Below, piece by piece: positions 49,531 through 63,680 of a stretch of DNA of 64,000 bases (position 1 is its first letter; the number at the start of each line of letters is the position of its first letter). The notes beneath the pieces were generated by a model. It ran no database searches. It was not told where the DNA came from and worked only from the letters and a program-made list of their open reading frames with translations. Made by a program: the position numbers and the translations under genes. The stretch covers positions 74,524,001 through 74,588,000 of the forward strand of contig NC_042997.1 in assembly GCF_006345805.1 (NCBI RefSeq). The letters run 5' to 3'. This DNA comes from Octopus sinensis (lineage: Eukaryota).

Positions 49531-51633
49531 CTTTAGAGATATAAGAAAAAAATGGGAAGAGAATTAATGCATTTTATCAGTCATGAAATATAAAAATATG
49601 AATAGACGAACAGAGAAATTAATGAATTTTCATTAAATGCAAACTTTTGTTTTTACAATATATATGACACTAGAGTTGTAATTATTACAATACTCATAAC
49701 CCAGGTTAGTGAGATATGATCAATATATATCATATGCTATGTCTACATATACTTTTTTTTGTGGGTGATGCTTTAGTATTTGAAGCTGTTGAATTTGTTC
49801 CAGTTTATAAGACATACTTTCTACAAATCATACAACACAAGCTGGAGTCATTCTGTTTATTCATTTATTTTTTTTTTTGCATTTGTCTTTTAGCATTTCC
49901 ACTTTCTTGCTATAACATCTGAACTTAGTTGTTCTGTATGTCCTTTGTGCTTGAAATGAGAGAAACAACAAATAGAATGGGAGTGAGTGACATTACTGTT
50001 CATCTGCATTTAGCATCTCTGAAGATGCTAAATGCAGATGAACAATCCAAACTATCAGAATTTGTCATATTATTAATTCATCATCATCATCATTGTTTAA
50101 CATCCACCTTCCATGATGGCATGGATGGGACAGTTTGACAAGAGCCAGCCAGTCAGAAGCCTGCACCAGATTTCTGTAACTGTCTTGGCAGGATTTTTTA
50201 TAGCTGGATGCCCTTCCTATCACCAACTACTCAATAGAGTGGACTTAGTGCTTTTTACATGGCACAAGCATAGGCGGTCAGTTTTGGCAAGGTTTTTACA
50301 GCTAGATGCCCTTCCAAATGCCAACCACTTTACAGTGTGGACTGGATGCTTTTAAGTGGTACCTGCAGGGTCACCAAGTACTTGCAAAACAAAGCAAAAA
50401 ACTCTTTTGAGAGGGGAGGGGGCATTGGAGGAGGTGATCTTTTGTTGGAGGATGAAAGGTCATAGTGAGACAGAGAGGCAGAAACAGGTGTCTTGTTGTT
50501 GAAGAGGTACAAGGTTACTCAGTTGGAGAGACAAAGATCAGAAATGAAGACAGAAACAGGTGCGCTGCCACAAAGGAAATACATGGTTACCCAACTTGAG
50601 GGAAGGAGAGAGAGAGAGGGAGACAGCAGGATAGAGATGGTGGCAAAGTGCTGGGCATACTAACAAGGAATGGGGATCAGGATATAAATGGGATGGTTGA
50701 GTAAAGGAAGAGAGAGATATAGTGGTGGCAAGTAACAGGGCATACCCTTGAGGTTCAAATGCCATAATATAAGTGGTAGAATATTGCAAAGGAAGCATGA
50801 TTAATGAGTGTGGAGGTGGGAGTGAGCAGTGAAAACCTGGGTATATATAGAGTTGGTGGTGGGGGGCTACAGAGGAAGAGGGCTGTGAGGGCAGGATTGG
50901 GGAGTGAGAGCTAGGCATAATGTATGAAGGAGGAAATGTGAGGAAGAGAAGAGATGTAGATTGGTTTGTTGGGGTAGGGTGTGTGAAAAGTTCTCTTGTT
51001 ACATGTGAGTGGAACCTAAAAGTCCGGGGGGGGGGGGCTAGCAGATAGCAATGATACAGTGAGACAGGGAATGTGGGTGGAACACACTGGTCAGGTGTTA
51101 GCGGAGAGCAATGATACTGTGACACAGGGCCAAGAGGAGTGGGAGATAAGCCTAGAGCATGAAGTGGAAATGTGAGGAAGAGAAGAGTTTATAATTGGGA
51201 TAGTATTAGTACTTTTCCTGATTTGGCAATTTGTATTTTTCTGACTTATTATTTCATAAATTTGAACCTTTTTGTAATTTTAATGATATCTGATATATCT
51301 CTAACTATAATTTAGATAAATTTAAACCCATCAAAGTTTGTACTATGCATGAATACAATTTAATTAAGATTCATTAATTTAGCACCCATAATCCTGCTAG
51401 AATCTGATTTTGATATATTCCCAAACTTCAAAATTTGGAATTTTTAAGACTTTATATAGTTAGAATTTGTAATTTTGGTAAAATTAAGAAAATAACTTCA
51501 GAAAATTCTGATTAAAAGATAACATAGATAAATATGAGAATCTAATCAAAAATATGATTAATAATCACTTAAATATATGGTACTATAATAACACTTTTAC
51601 AGAAATATGCAAACAAAATGGAAGCAGATTTAC

Positions 51634-51772
51634 CTGTTTTGAGAGAAGTTCCTTACAAAGGCTATATAATGTTATGAACTTTCTTGCTAAAAGGCGTGCA
51701 TCAAGGAAACCTTCAGCTACTAACATGATTTCACAAATCAGTTCAAAATCTGGCACCACCATAGCACAAGGT
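51634..51772 (-). CDS. DNAH9/11/17-like: Axonemal dynein heavy chain (outer-arm beta type), exon A, end of AAA1
   Basis: Encodes (R)[46 protein letters not shown], a hallmark dynein heavy-chain segment. AG acceptor at 51774-51773, GTAA donor from 51633; 139 bp, ends in phase 0. Confidence 0.95.
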
Positions 51773-52199
51773 CTAAAATTATAAGATTTTCCCAATGAAA
51801 TATATTTAAGCATTTTTATGCATAAAAACTTAGAAATTAGAAACACAAATAATATAATGTTATATTTATTTAGCTGTATGTACCACCACCATCATTATAC
51901 ATGTATTTCTATGCATATCTAATTTATGTAATTAAACATAGACAGATATACGTGTATAATTGCTGACTACCCACCAAGTGATTAAAAGTGGACTGACGCA
52001 TTGCCTTAAAATAAAGAACTGTGAGCAGTTGGAAGTAAGCTGTTCACTGTGAGCCATTGATTGAGAGCATTGAGTCTTGTGTAATAATAATCATATTGCG
52101 TCATATAAATACTTTCTTTCCCCACTGCTTCATTAAATTATATATCCAACACCAAGATATTAAAGTAATAATGAGTTGTTCAAAGCTTGTGTTAGACAT

Positions 52200-55100
52200 C
52201 TGCAGTCTTATTGGCCTCCCTGGTGCAGTTACAACAGCAACAACAACAACAGCAACTACAACAACAAAGCCAACAATTGCTGGAAGAAGAATGTTGAAGT
52301 CTGAAAATACCTCAGGTTCATGCCCGCCAGACAACGTAGCAAACTCAGTTGAAGAATTCAGAAGGGATTACCTTCTCAGCATATTTTTGAAGATAGGAAG
52401 AAATCTTCAAAGAAGAATGTAAAACTTGGTCTGACAAGAAAAAAGAACAACTACTTTTAAGAAAGTTATTCCCTGCTGAACACAAAAATATAGTAACTAT
52501 ATTCTGCTGAAGAAATCAGGTAAGATCTGTTTTGATGAAACAATATTTTATTGAAAATTTTCATTGAAAGAAGTTCCCAGTTCAATACTCGCTAACAATG
52601 TTTAAATTTGATCAAAAAGAAGTTTTCGTCATCTATGCTGGAGATGTGTGAAAATTTCAAATTAAATGAAAGAACCCCGGACATGTTCAAATGTCTAATT
52701 TTTGTTCAAGGGCTTACTGCAAGCAAAGATGTAGATATACATTCCCGGATATTAACAAAATTAGAACGGGACTAAAAATTAACTCTACAGGTAGTAATAG
52801 AGGAATGCCAAAATATTATAAATCTAAGACATGACACAGATAAAATTGAAGAAAAAGATTGCTCTCATATTCTTGCATGTTAACCAGTAATGGATAAGAA
52901 AAAAGAAAAAATGTCAAGACCAAAGCTATGTTATGGGTGCGGTTGTCTACATTTTAAAAGTAACTGTCCACTTCAAGTGTGGTAAGATAGGTCATAAAAA
53001 ATCACACTGTAAAACAAAACCTAAAAAATGGTTCAACAGAAAAATAACGTAAATGGGTTATCGGTGACAAGAAATATGAACGAGCCCCAAGGAAATTTGT
53101 GTATGTAAAAATTAATAACACAAATGTAAAGTTACAACTGGACATGAGCAGTGATATCTTGATACACAGATTTAATATTTTAAGATTTTCTCTCAAGTTC
53201 TCTCTGTACACAAAAACAAAGACGAAGTTTCAAGTAAAATAAAACATGATACCAGTATTTAAACCAAAACAAACTGTATCATTTGTAGCTTTAGAACAGA
53301 TAAAGAGTTATTGAGACCTGAAAAAACTGGAGTTATCTAAAAAGTGGAATATAATCAATGGACATTACCAACTGTGTATGTTAAGAAAAAGAATAATAAA
53401 ATCAGAGTATGTGCTGATTTTTCCACTGGTTTAAATGAATGTCTTAAAGCATTCCACTCTCCACTACCTACTATGGAGGATATATTTGTGAAATTAAACA
53501 GTGGCAAGATATTTTCTAAATTCGATCTCTCTGAAGCATACCTACAAATTAGAGAAGATGATGAATGCTCTAAATACCTAACAATTAACACACATAAAGA
53601 ACTATATAAATACAACAGGTTACCATTTGGCTTAAAGGTTGCACCAGCAAGTTTTCAGCAGATTAAGGATGCAATGTTAGTGGACTGTGAATTTGCAATT
53701 CCATATCTAGATGATATACTCATTAAAAGCAAATCCAGGAATGAAGACATAGAATGTGTTTGAAAAAATTAGGGATTTTGGCTTTACTTTGAGTGAAGGA
53801 AAGTGTGAATTTTCTTACTGGAAATAAAATATTTAGGACAAATCATTGACAGAAATGGACATTAACTAGATCCATTGAGGGCAGATACAATTAAAAATAC
53901 GCCCCCTCCAACAAGCATTTTTGGGACTGGCAAATTATTACCAAAATTATATTCCAAATATAAGAGTTCCAGTAAATAATCTATTAAAAAGTGGAATTGG
54001 TCTGAAAATTGTCTGAAGGCATTTGTCATTAGCACACTTCAATCCTGCAGCTGAGATTGTTGTAGCTTCAGATGCCTCTGAGTATGGTATAGAAGAAGTA
54101 ATGCCACATAAATATAAACATGGTAACATGAAGGCAGTGGTTCATGCCTCATGTTCTCTGATATCTCAGCAGAGAAAAATTACAGCCAAATTGAAAAAGA
54201 GGCTTTTGCCGTAAAAAAATTTCATAAATTTTTCCATAGTAGAAGTTTTTGACTACAGACTAATCCTTGTCTGTTATAATTGATATATGGGTTGAAGAAA
54301 GGAATTCCTTCCCATACTGCTAATAGGTTGCAGTGCTGGGGTACTATATTATTAAACTATGACTTTAAGATGGTGTATACACCATCTAAGAAATAAGGAC
54401 ATGCTGATTGTTTATCAAGACTGATTTCAGAAAATACTGAATCATTTGAAGATGCTGTGATTGCTGCTTTGTGAGCAGAAAATGAAATTAAAAATGTTTT
54501 GTGTAATGTCATACATGAACTGTCTGTCACATTACAAGACCATAAAATTAAAATCGAAGAGATAAAAATATGCATAACACAAATTTGAACTCATTCTTAA
54601 TGTGTGACAATGTGTTGATGTATGCACAAAGAGTCATAGTGCCAGCCACACTACAAAAGCAATTACTGAAGGAATTTCACATTGGTCATCCAGGGCTTTT
54701 GAGAATGAAATCATTAATGAGAAGTTATGTATATTGGCCAACAATGGATCATGACATTGAAAAATGTGTGAAAACATGCAGAGAGTGTGCTCTAGCTGCA
54801 AACACACCTACCACTAAATGGCAACCATGCCCAAAAACAGATATTCCATGGGCCAGACTGCATATTGATTATGCAGGTGCACTTAAGGGTTCATATTACC
54901 TCGTTGTAGTGGACAGTTTTTCAAAGTGGCATAAAGTGCATAAGTGTAAAAAGCTGACATTTGTAGTTATAATAAGTTTTTTACACGCATTGTTTGCCAG
55001 AGATGGTGTTCCTGATATTATTGTGTTTGATAATGGAACTCAATTTACTTCAAATGAGTTCACAAAATTTTGTAAAATGTTTGTCATCGGACAGGTCACC

Positions 55101-55860
55101 ACTCCGCCATATCATCCTAGGCTAAACAGACAAGAGGAGCATTTGGTTGACACTTTTAAGAAGGCGTTGAAAAAGGTGAACAATGATGTAATGGATGACC
55201 TTGCACTTCAACAATTTATAAGGGTGTAGTGAGTAACATTTAATCTGAATACCCCATCTGGAATGTCACCCACAGAATTTATGTTTGCTAGAAAGATCAG
55301 ATCCATTTTTGATAAGTTTATTGAATCATTCATTTGGTTTTCATTGTGCCTTGTGGCACTTGAGGTGACAGCAAGATCATTCCACCTTCTAACACTGACA
55401 GCATCCTTGATAGTTTGTTCCATTGTTAACCCTCTGCTTTTAAGATCTTTCATTATTGTTCTCTGTCATGTTTCCTTTGGTTGCCCATATCTTCTTTTAC
55501 CTTATGGAACCCATTGTGAAGCAATTCTGACCAACTTAACCCGGCCATTGATACTGAGTGAAAATAGACAAACAACAAAAATACTTCAAAATTCTTCAAG
55601 TCTGATGACAAAGTTTTTTTAAAACATATAGATATGGTAAAGAAAGCTGGGAGGAAGGTACAATTATGAAACAAATTGGTAAAAGGAAAAAAATGTCAAA
55701 CATAAAAGACATATTAAAAAAAGATTCACAGAAAAAACAGTCATGAGAAATGAAACCCCCATGGAAGTATTATGACACATTTGAGGTAACAACACACAAA
55801 CAATTTGAAACTATATGTTCCAGCACCAGGAAGCAGAAAAGAACAGAAATATTGGAATTT
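52200..55860 (+). mobile_element. Decayed Ty3/Gypsy LTR retrotransposon (gag, PR, RT, RH, IN)
   Basis: Knuckle CYGCGCLHFKSNCP (about 52930); KIRVCADFSTGLN; FSKFDLSEAYLQI; NRLPFG; PYLDD; VASDAS; EFHIGHPG...CREC; LHIDYAG; VVDSFSKW; DNGTQFTS. Many stops; LTRs not identified. Confidence 0.9.
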
Positions 55861-55879
55861 AACCTTAAGTGTAAGAGAT

Positions 55880-56760
55880 ATTAAAACTCTGATCAGAGTT
55901 TAATTCTCAAACTTTTCATCAGTTTTTCCGGGCATTTGATCTTATTAGCATTTCATAACTGCTTCAGCAATTTGGCATAGTACTTTCCACAGACGGTGTG
56001 GCCCTTGTGATAATAGTCAATAAACACAATAACTTTTGCATCCCCAAAAAACTGAGGTCATCACCCTCCCTGCAGATGAAACAATCTTGGCCTTCTTTGG
56101 AGCAAGTGAGGAGAGATGTTTCTACAGCCTGGATTGCTTCTTTATCTCTAGAGCAAAGTGATGAACCCAACACTCATTCTGGCTCAGGAAATATTCAAGG
56201 AAGCCAGCTGCATCTGACTCAAACAATGTCAGATTTTCCTATGATGTGATCAGCCTGGTGCACTTTTGTTCAGATGTCAGAAGATGTAGCACCTACTAAG
56301 CAAAAATGTTCAACATGCCAAGTTCATTGTGCAGAATGTTTTCAACCCTCTCACTAGTTATGTTAATAGCACTGGCTATTTGATTTATAGTCAAATTGCT
56401 TGTCATCCATCATCATGTGAAAATGATCAACATTTTCCTCAGCGGTAGTAGTTGCAAGATGTCCAGACCTTGGGTCATCTTCAAGACTCTTCCTTTCCCT
56501 CCTCAATTCAACTGCCTACTTTTGCACTGTTGATAAAGCTGGAGTATCATCCCCTAATGTAGCAACCATATCAACATGAATATTCTTGGGGGCTAAATCC
56601 TTTTTCTGCAGGTATTTGATAATACCATGATGCCAAATTTTGTTGATTTTCAAAAGTACTTACTACAAGTTACTTTTGAAGTCTTCTTTGAACAGTCAGA
56701 TGTCACTTTATCGGGAAAGAAACAATTTAGTTATTAACAAGAATTGAAATGAATGTATGC
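55880..56760 (-). mobile_element. Degenerate mariner transposase relic
   Basis: Minus strand HGIIKYLQKKDLAPKNIHVDMVATLGDD...LEDDPRSG...QYYAKLLKQL. Confidence 0.65.
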
Positions 56761-57249
56761 AAGATTTCACAAGTGTAACATCACTCCTTCATAGTCAGTC
56801 TATGAACTTTTCAAACCCACTCTCATATTAAGTCTACAACAACTTTCTTTGCAAAAGCAAAATTTAAATGTTTTGTGAATAATGCTTGTTAGTCTTAACC
56901 AGAGTACTTTGTTCAGTTGCAAAAATTGATGGTAAAAGGCCTAGACCATAAATTAGAAAATGCTGAAAGCCATTGTGTTGCACCTATGAAATGAACATCA
57001 ACCTTGCAAGTAGTTTCACATTACATTTAGTGTCACTGTCTTCCCTTTAACTTTTGTTGTATTTTTCTTCAAATGTTGTAAGATTCTGGTGTTTGTTTGA
57101 GTCAAAGAGGGTATCTCTTTTATGTTGTAGACAATTGTCTTAAATAAGGATGAATTGAAGTGCTAGTTATGGAGGAACTTCTTTGAGTAACGGTTTGGCT
57201 GATCATGGATAACCTGGAGCTAAACAACAGCACATGTAACTGAGGTTTT

Positions 57250-58080
57250 ACAGAGTACACATGGCCACACTGCTGGCAGTGTGCACCAAGGGAGAACAGA
57301 AATCAGTAATCCAATTTTTCTACTCTAAAGGTGTGTCAGGGGCAAAAATTCCTTACAGGTTTACAGTACAATATGGGGACAGTGGATCAAGTTTTAAAAT
57401 GGCCAGACAAGCCTGAAGCATGAAGAGGGAGCAGGATACCCATTAAACTCCACCACCGATTGTAAAGAATCCACAGGCTTGAGAGATGGTTCCGGTGAAC
57501 TGAAAAGTGACCATTGATGAGGTGGTATGTTCTCTGCAAATTAGTCATAAGAAATAATGCTTGACAAGTTTTGCTTCCGTATAGTCTGTATGAAGTGCAT
57601 AAGCATAATCATGTCAATGCTTATTTGACCACTACAATGATGAAGGTGAAGCTTTTTTAGGTAGAAAAGTCACAAAAGATGAGACATGATCCATCACTTT
57701 GCCAGATCCAAGAGGCAAAGTGATGGAAATTCAAGACTTAACCTTCTGCAGAGAAACTTATGTTAACTATTTTTGGATTCAAACTGGAACATTACCTGGA
57801 AAAGCAGTCTACATTCACCAGCGTAGGCTACAGTGAAATGCTGGCCAACAAACTGAAACCTGTAATTTGCACCAAATGCTGGGGTCTATGCATGCCTACA
57901 TACAGCTGCCTACACCACTGAAACCATTGAAAAACTGGGTTTTGAGTTGCTGGAATATACCAGATATAGTCTAGATTTCACCCATTCCAACTATTACCTC
58001 TGTGGGCCACTCAAACATCCTTTATGAGGTCATTGATTTGCCACAGATGAAGAAGTAAATAAATGGCTGTGTGAAGCCAT
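57250..58080 (+). mobile_element. Degenerate mariner transposase relic
   Basis: EQKSVIQFF...KGVSGAKI, VTKDET, and a YSLDFTHSNYYLCGPLK motif resembling YSPDLAP. Confidence 0.6.
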
Positions 58081-58129
58081 TGTTGAGAGCTGTCCAACCA
58101 TGTACAGAGATGTTGTATATAAAAGTTAA

Positions 58130-59600
58130 TGAGTAGAATTTAGTGTGTAGGGTTCAAATAGCAGCCCCCTCCCATTATAGTTCTCCATGCTATAACAGAG
58201 AAGTTTAAGGCTAGTTGCTTGTGGTAACTCAACGCCAATGATCTTGCTCTGACAGCTGAAGTGGTATCAGAAATAGAAAAGAAATTCCAGGAATAGAAGC
58301 AAGGCCTGAAGTCAAAGGGCCTTAAAGTTAACTCCCAAGTTCTAGTAAGCAAAGAAAAATATTATATGCCTATCTCTTCAGGAAAATGACTCTGTTTGAT
58401 ATGAAGAAAAGGTGTAGGTAGAAATTCTATATGGTGTACTCAGTGCAGACTATGGATATATAAGAGGTGCAGTAGAATTAGAGAAAAGTTAACAGAGGAA
58501 GTACAATTTGTTTGAAGTAGATATGCAAGAATAATAAGTAACAAGAGCACATGGGAAATAGATGTTCTGGAAGTAGCAGATAGTTTGTTACCTAAATGGC
58601 TGAATTAGCAGTGGAGGAGGATGTTTTGGAAGTATAGTCGCTAGAGAAAGCTCAGAGGACTTTTACTTCTGTTGTTAACAAAAGATTTTTCGGATCTTTT
58701 CACTTTCCCCGGCAGATTTAAAAAATAATTTCTTGTATGTCATATGTCATAAATAACAGTGACAATCGAAATATACACTGCCGGAAGTTGTTGTTGACAA
58801 ACAACAGCAGTTATTGTATTTACCTCAATAGATGTCATTGATTGGTTTAAATTGCTGAAATACAAGAAATTTAACAACAAATAGCTTACAAACTACAAAA
58901 TTTTCTCAAGAACTCCAAGAGAAAAAGATGTTTTATGTGACACATTCTACCAGTATACAAAGTTTAAAAGTGTTTAGTTACAAAAAATTATTTTTTAAAT
59001 TTACAAACTACAGAATTTTCTCAAGAACACCAAGAGAAAAAGATGTTTTATGTGACACATTCTACCAGCATATGAAGTTTAAGCGTTTAGTTACAAAAAA
59101 TTATTTTTTAAATCTGCCGGTCAAAGTGAAAAGATCTGATTTTTCTTTCTTTCTTTCTCTCTCTCTCTCTCTGTGAAAGGCAGATTTTATGATGCCTGTG
59201 TATGAATAGCAATGCTACATGGCTGTGAAACTTCAACTGTGAATGGAGAGGATATGCAAAGACTAGAAAGAAATGGACCTAGCATACTTCGATAGTTGTG
59301 CAACTTCAGTGTGCGTGTACAACAAATTACAAATACACTGGCAGAAAAATTGGGAATAAGAGGCACCAGATGTGGTGTGTAGGAGAGAAGATTGTGCTGA
59401 TATGGTCATGTGATGCAAATGGACAAGGACAGCACTATAAAGAAGTACTGACAGTGGAAGTAGCCTGTGGAAGAAGGAAACCCAGGAAGATGTGGTATGA
59501 AGTGGTGAAGACTGACCTCAGGACATTGAGCCTTTCAGAAATAACAGGGAATTGAGATGAAAGGCAATATACTATGCTTGAGAAGACCCATCCATCTCAG
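58130..59600 (+). mobile_element. Decayed RTE LINE fragment split by a MITE
   Basis: RTE RT and C-terminal sequence on both sides of 58691-59138; the LLTTK..SL.VKGR.YDAC segment is broken at the insertion. Confidence 0.7.
58691..59138. mobile_element. MITE with roughly 40-bp TIRs and an internal 110-bp tandem duplication
   Basis: Left end cggatcttttcactttccccggcagatttaaaaaataatt; right end reverse complement cagatcttttcactttgaccggcagatttaaaaaataatt. Confidence 0.8.
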
Positions 59601-60159
59601 CAGAATTAAGTTCAGTCAGGCCTTCCCTCACAACTCATCCTCCTATGCCCATTCTTCCATCAATCTTCTGTGTTACCCTATTTCCTTCCTTCATTTACCC
59701 TCTGCTGAACTAATATTCTTTGCAACCATCTCATTCCCTATCTCTAATTGTCTGTCACACCATTCTTATTCAGCATACTTACCTACACATCCATCTTTTC
59801 TGCTCCTATATCTTATTCTGTCTCTCATATTCCTTTTGTATCTTGATCTCACATCTCTCTCTCTCTCTCTCTGTTTCTCTTGATGGGCTAAACATTTATT
59901 CGCCTCTTCAGTATGGCATCAGCTCCTGTCTTTCTATCCTAGTTTCTTATTGCTCAATTCTATACCCTACTAAGTTGAGGGTTCTTGTTTTGCGGATACT
60001 TGGTGACTTCACATAAAAAGCACCTAGCTGTAGAAACTATATGAAAGCAGACATTAGAATTTGCTGCAGCTTTCAGCTCCTGTTGACTCATCCAACCCAA
60101 ACCATAATGGAAAGAGATGTTAAAATGGTGATGATATATATATATATATATATATATAA

Positions 60160-60900
60160 ACAATTGCAGCATGGAAGGTGTTTATAAGCCATTTAAGAAA
60201 CACACAAAAATCATTAGATTCACTTCAACATTTAAATTTAATTTGTCAAAATATTTTCGTCGCTTTGAGCCAGTGACCTGTTCAGTGACAACATTCCGTG
60301 CAGCATGGAATTCTCTAGTAATAATTTTGGAGTTGGTTATTCTACCACTAATAATGTAGGTAATATTATTTCTTCTTTTAACAAATTTAAGTTGAATAAT
60401 TTTTATAAAACGAAATTTTATAATCATACCAATAATAATAAAGACAATGTACTCATAGATTGTACATGCAGAGATAAAAGTAATTGTAAATTTAATAACA
60501 AATGTAATTTACATGATGTTGTTTATAAATGTATCGTCACTTTAATTAATGAGAATAATAGGAATAATAATAATAACTTAAATGCTATCTATATAGGGTC
60601 TACTTCCTCTAAAATTAAATTAAGAGTAGCTCAGCATATGCATTCCTTTAAGAATAGAAATCTTATGAACTCTACTGAGCTTAGCAAATAAATATGGGAA
60701 CTTAAAGTGGGAGATAATTTGTAAGGCAAAATCATATAGTATAGGAAGTAATTCCTGTTTTTTTTATGTTCTAGTGAATTTAAAGAAATATTATTTAATA
60801 ATCGTAATAAATTAGTTAACTGGATGAGCGTAAAATTAAATGTAGACACAAATTACTTTATTTATATAATAAATTTTTAGATAAATAGCGACTATATTTA
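60160..60900 (+). mobile_element. PLE 3' fragment (GIY-YIG endonuclease) with an inverted pLTR-like 5' part
   Basis: CTCRDKSNCKFNNKC...VVYKC...AIYIGSTS..KLRVAQHMHSFKN...STELSK; hammerhead-like relic on the minus strand at 60244-60290. Confidence 0.8.
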
Positions 60901-62639
60901 AACCCTATTTTTGTTTCTAATTTGTAGTTATATTTTGTACATGTATTATATATTGTATATTACATAATTTAATATGTCTAAATTAATATTTATTATTAAA
61001 TAAATAATTAGATAAATTAATTAATTAATTAATTATAGTAGTGTTGTGATTGCACTTCTGTAGATAGTTTGAATATAAGTCAATAAGAGTTAGTAAAGGT
61101 TTTTTAAATACTTAGGGTTAGATTATACTTAGATGTTTATTTAATTACTAAATATATGATTTATTTAATGAATATAGATTAAAAGGTAGTTATTTCACTT
61201 TTTTTGTTATTGTTGTGGTTGATATTGTTATTATTATTATGCTTGGTATATGTCTACTGAAATTAATAGTATTAAGTATATATATATTTTGGTAATATTT
61301 TTAGTAACATTAAATAAATAATTTTGAATATCTAGTAAAAAATTTTTTCTTTAGGTACAAACTTATTATATAAATAAAGTGATTTATATTTGGAGCGGGT
61401 GCTTCGCTTATTGGTTAAATGAATAAAGTACATATCATTATAAATAGATAATATGTGCTTTGTTTATTCAATTGATGGGCAAAGTGTTTGATCTGGGTAT
61501 GGGTTGCTTTACTTATATAAGTTTAATTTATTATTTTAGCATTTGTTTTGAATATTAATATGATATATAATATATATTTGTTATAAATGACAGTTAAGCT
61601 TATAGATTGAAATAAATTTTTTTATATATTAATCAAAATGTATTTATATTATATATTTCGAATTAGATTTATTTAGATGTTTATTTAATTAATTAATATT
61701 ATTTATTAATGAATATTAATTACATTATAGTTTTTGAATTAACTTAAGTTTATTAATTAGAAGTTCTAATATAGATACTGATTGAATTAGTACTGAGTTA
61801 ATATAGAATGTGTCTAAAAGTTGTTTTGTTTAAATAAAGATTTGGCTCCAACGTAACCATATTTATATATATGAAATAAATTAATTTGTATAAGATTATT
61901 AGAGAATATTCAGTAAATAGTAGTTATATAGATTATTTTAATTTATAGAGTTTTGAGTATAATTTATCGTAGTTAATTCTAAATTTTAGTTTTATAGTGA
62001 AAGCTATTATAGTGTATAGTGATTCTATTCTCTATTAGTGACTTTATTCTCTTTATCTATTAAAGCTAAAATATATTCGTAGATTTCATTGATAAAATGT
62101 ATATTTCCATCTGTTTGTTCTATTTCTGTTAATAACGTAATCTCACAAATGTTTATGTTTTCTGTTTTTAAATATTTTAGTTAATGACACGCTTTTTGAG
62201 AGTTTATTATTAGTTTATAATTATTAAATGTGAACATAAATTTTAAGATATTAGTTAGTCACTTTGCGATATAGATTGTAAAAATTGTTTTTGATAATAG
62301 TAATAATAAGTATTTCATAAAGATAGGTTATAAGTTTTTAATTTGAATTTTTCAATTCTTAAATTGTATTTCATAAATATTTTCTATAGATACCTATAAT
62401 ATTTATGTAAGTAATAATGGACTAATATATTTTTGGTTATAAGTTTATGCTTATTGATAGATAAAATTTAGATTTTTAATTACTATATTTGTTGATTATA
62501 ATTTAGATACTTATTTATATGTATTTATTATTTTATAATTATTATATGCAAACTAAAATCTAAAAATATTAATAGTGATTATTTTGTTAAATAATTTGGT
62601 AATTAAATATTGTAGTATAACTGGGTTAGAGATATTCTA

Positions 62640-62704
62640 TAGTTTATTAAAATATGTGCAAGTCAATTTGTAGACAGAAGCTAACAAGTGTGTGAGTGAG
62701 ATAA

Positions 62705-62736
<32 letters not shown>

Positions 62737-62952
62737 AGAAACAGACAGAGATTAAAGAGAAGAACCATTACGGAGGGTGAAAGAGAATATGTGTAAGCAA
62801 GAGAAACAGAGAATGAGAAAAAGCATGGGAGCTCTGGGGAAAATGTTATAGTGCATGACCATCCTTGGCACATAAGTAATGTGTGTAAAGTTTGGTGAAA
62901 ATTGGTTGAAAACTGTAGAAATGCATATGTAATACACACACAGACATCCTTG

Positions 62953-62990
<38 letters not shown>
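62640..62990 (-). mobile_element. Helitron 5' end related to the element at 7739
   Basis: Minus strand tatatataacaaggatgtctgtgtgtg...tttctacagttttcaacc...actttacacaca matches 7741-7830. Confidence 0.6.
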
Positions 62991-63003
<13 letters not shown>

Positions 63004-63006
63004 TAG

Positions 63007-63051
<45 letters not shown>

Positions 63052-63059
63052 TCTCACTC

Positions 63060-63650
63060 AAAATTATCCAGAATGAGATTAAAGATGAGTTTAAAATTCA
63101 TTTTTTCAAGCTTATCCAAGTTGAGATCTTCACGAATATTATCAAAATGAAACACTTTCAAGCTCATTCTACAGATAAAATCATTAGTCCGATGAATGAG
63201 ACACATGTACTGATCCATGCTAGCAACAGGTATGTCCTTTAGAGAAATTCTAGCTTCATCTTTTCCATTGTATAAGTTGATTTACTAGAAGCATTGATAA
63301 AAATTAAGTTGGATGTTAAAAGAATTAGTTATGAGGATTCAATAGAATCTCGGTGAGTGGATTCAAGAGCACTATTCCTTTTAATTTTCCGTCTTTCAAG
63401 CAGCATTATGATAGCAACTTTATTCAGGCATGGAATAGTAGTTAATATTCTTTAATATCATCTTTTGAAAGCACATTATAGCATGCTTTCAAAAGCTTCT
63501 CTCTGGGTATTAGCTACCATATGATATATAGCAGGAATTTTCCTTTTATTGGTTATACAAGTGGAAATCCATTAATATCCACAGAATTCAACCAAGGGAA
63601 TTTTAATACAAGAAGATTGAATGAACAGGCTTTAATCCAAATCACAGCAA
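63060..63650 (-). mobile_element. PLE N-terminal and RT relics
   Basis: FSLKDIPVASMDQYMCLIHRTNDFICRMSLKVFHF is homologous to the PLE N-termini at 20.7 and 46.3 kb. Confidence 0.6.
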
Positions 63651-63680
63651 TTGTTTCTGTGCATTAGTATCAGCTGGTAA

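Noticed and set aside
51870-56000. Paired LTRs, PBS and PPT for the Gypsy element
   Set aside because: No matching direct repeats were found on the two sides; the 3' end is disrupted by a mariner relic.
60900-62640. NUMT (mitochondrial insertion)
   Set aside because: No recognisable mitochondrial rRNA, tRNA or protein motif in the stretches read, under either genetic code. Not formally excluded without BLAST.
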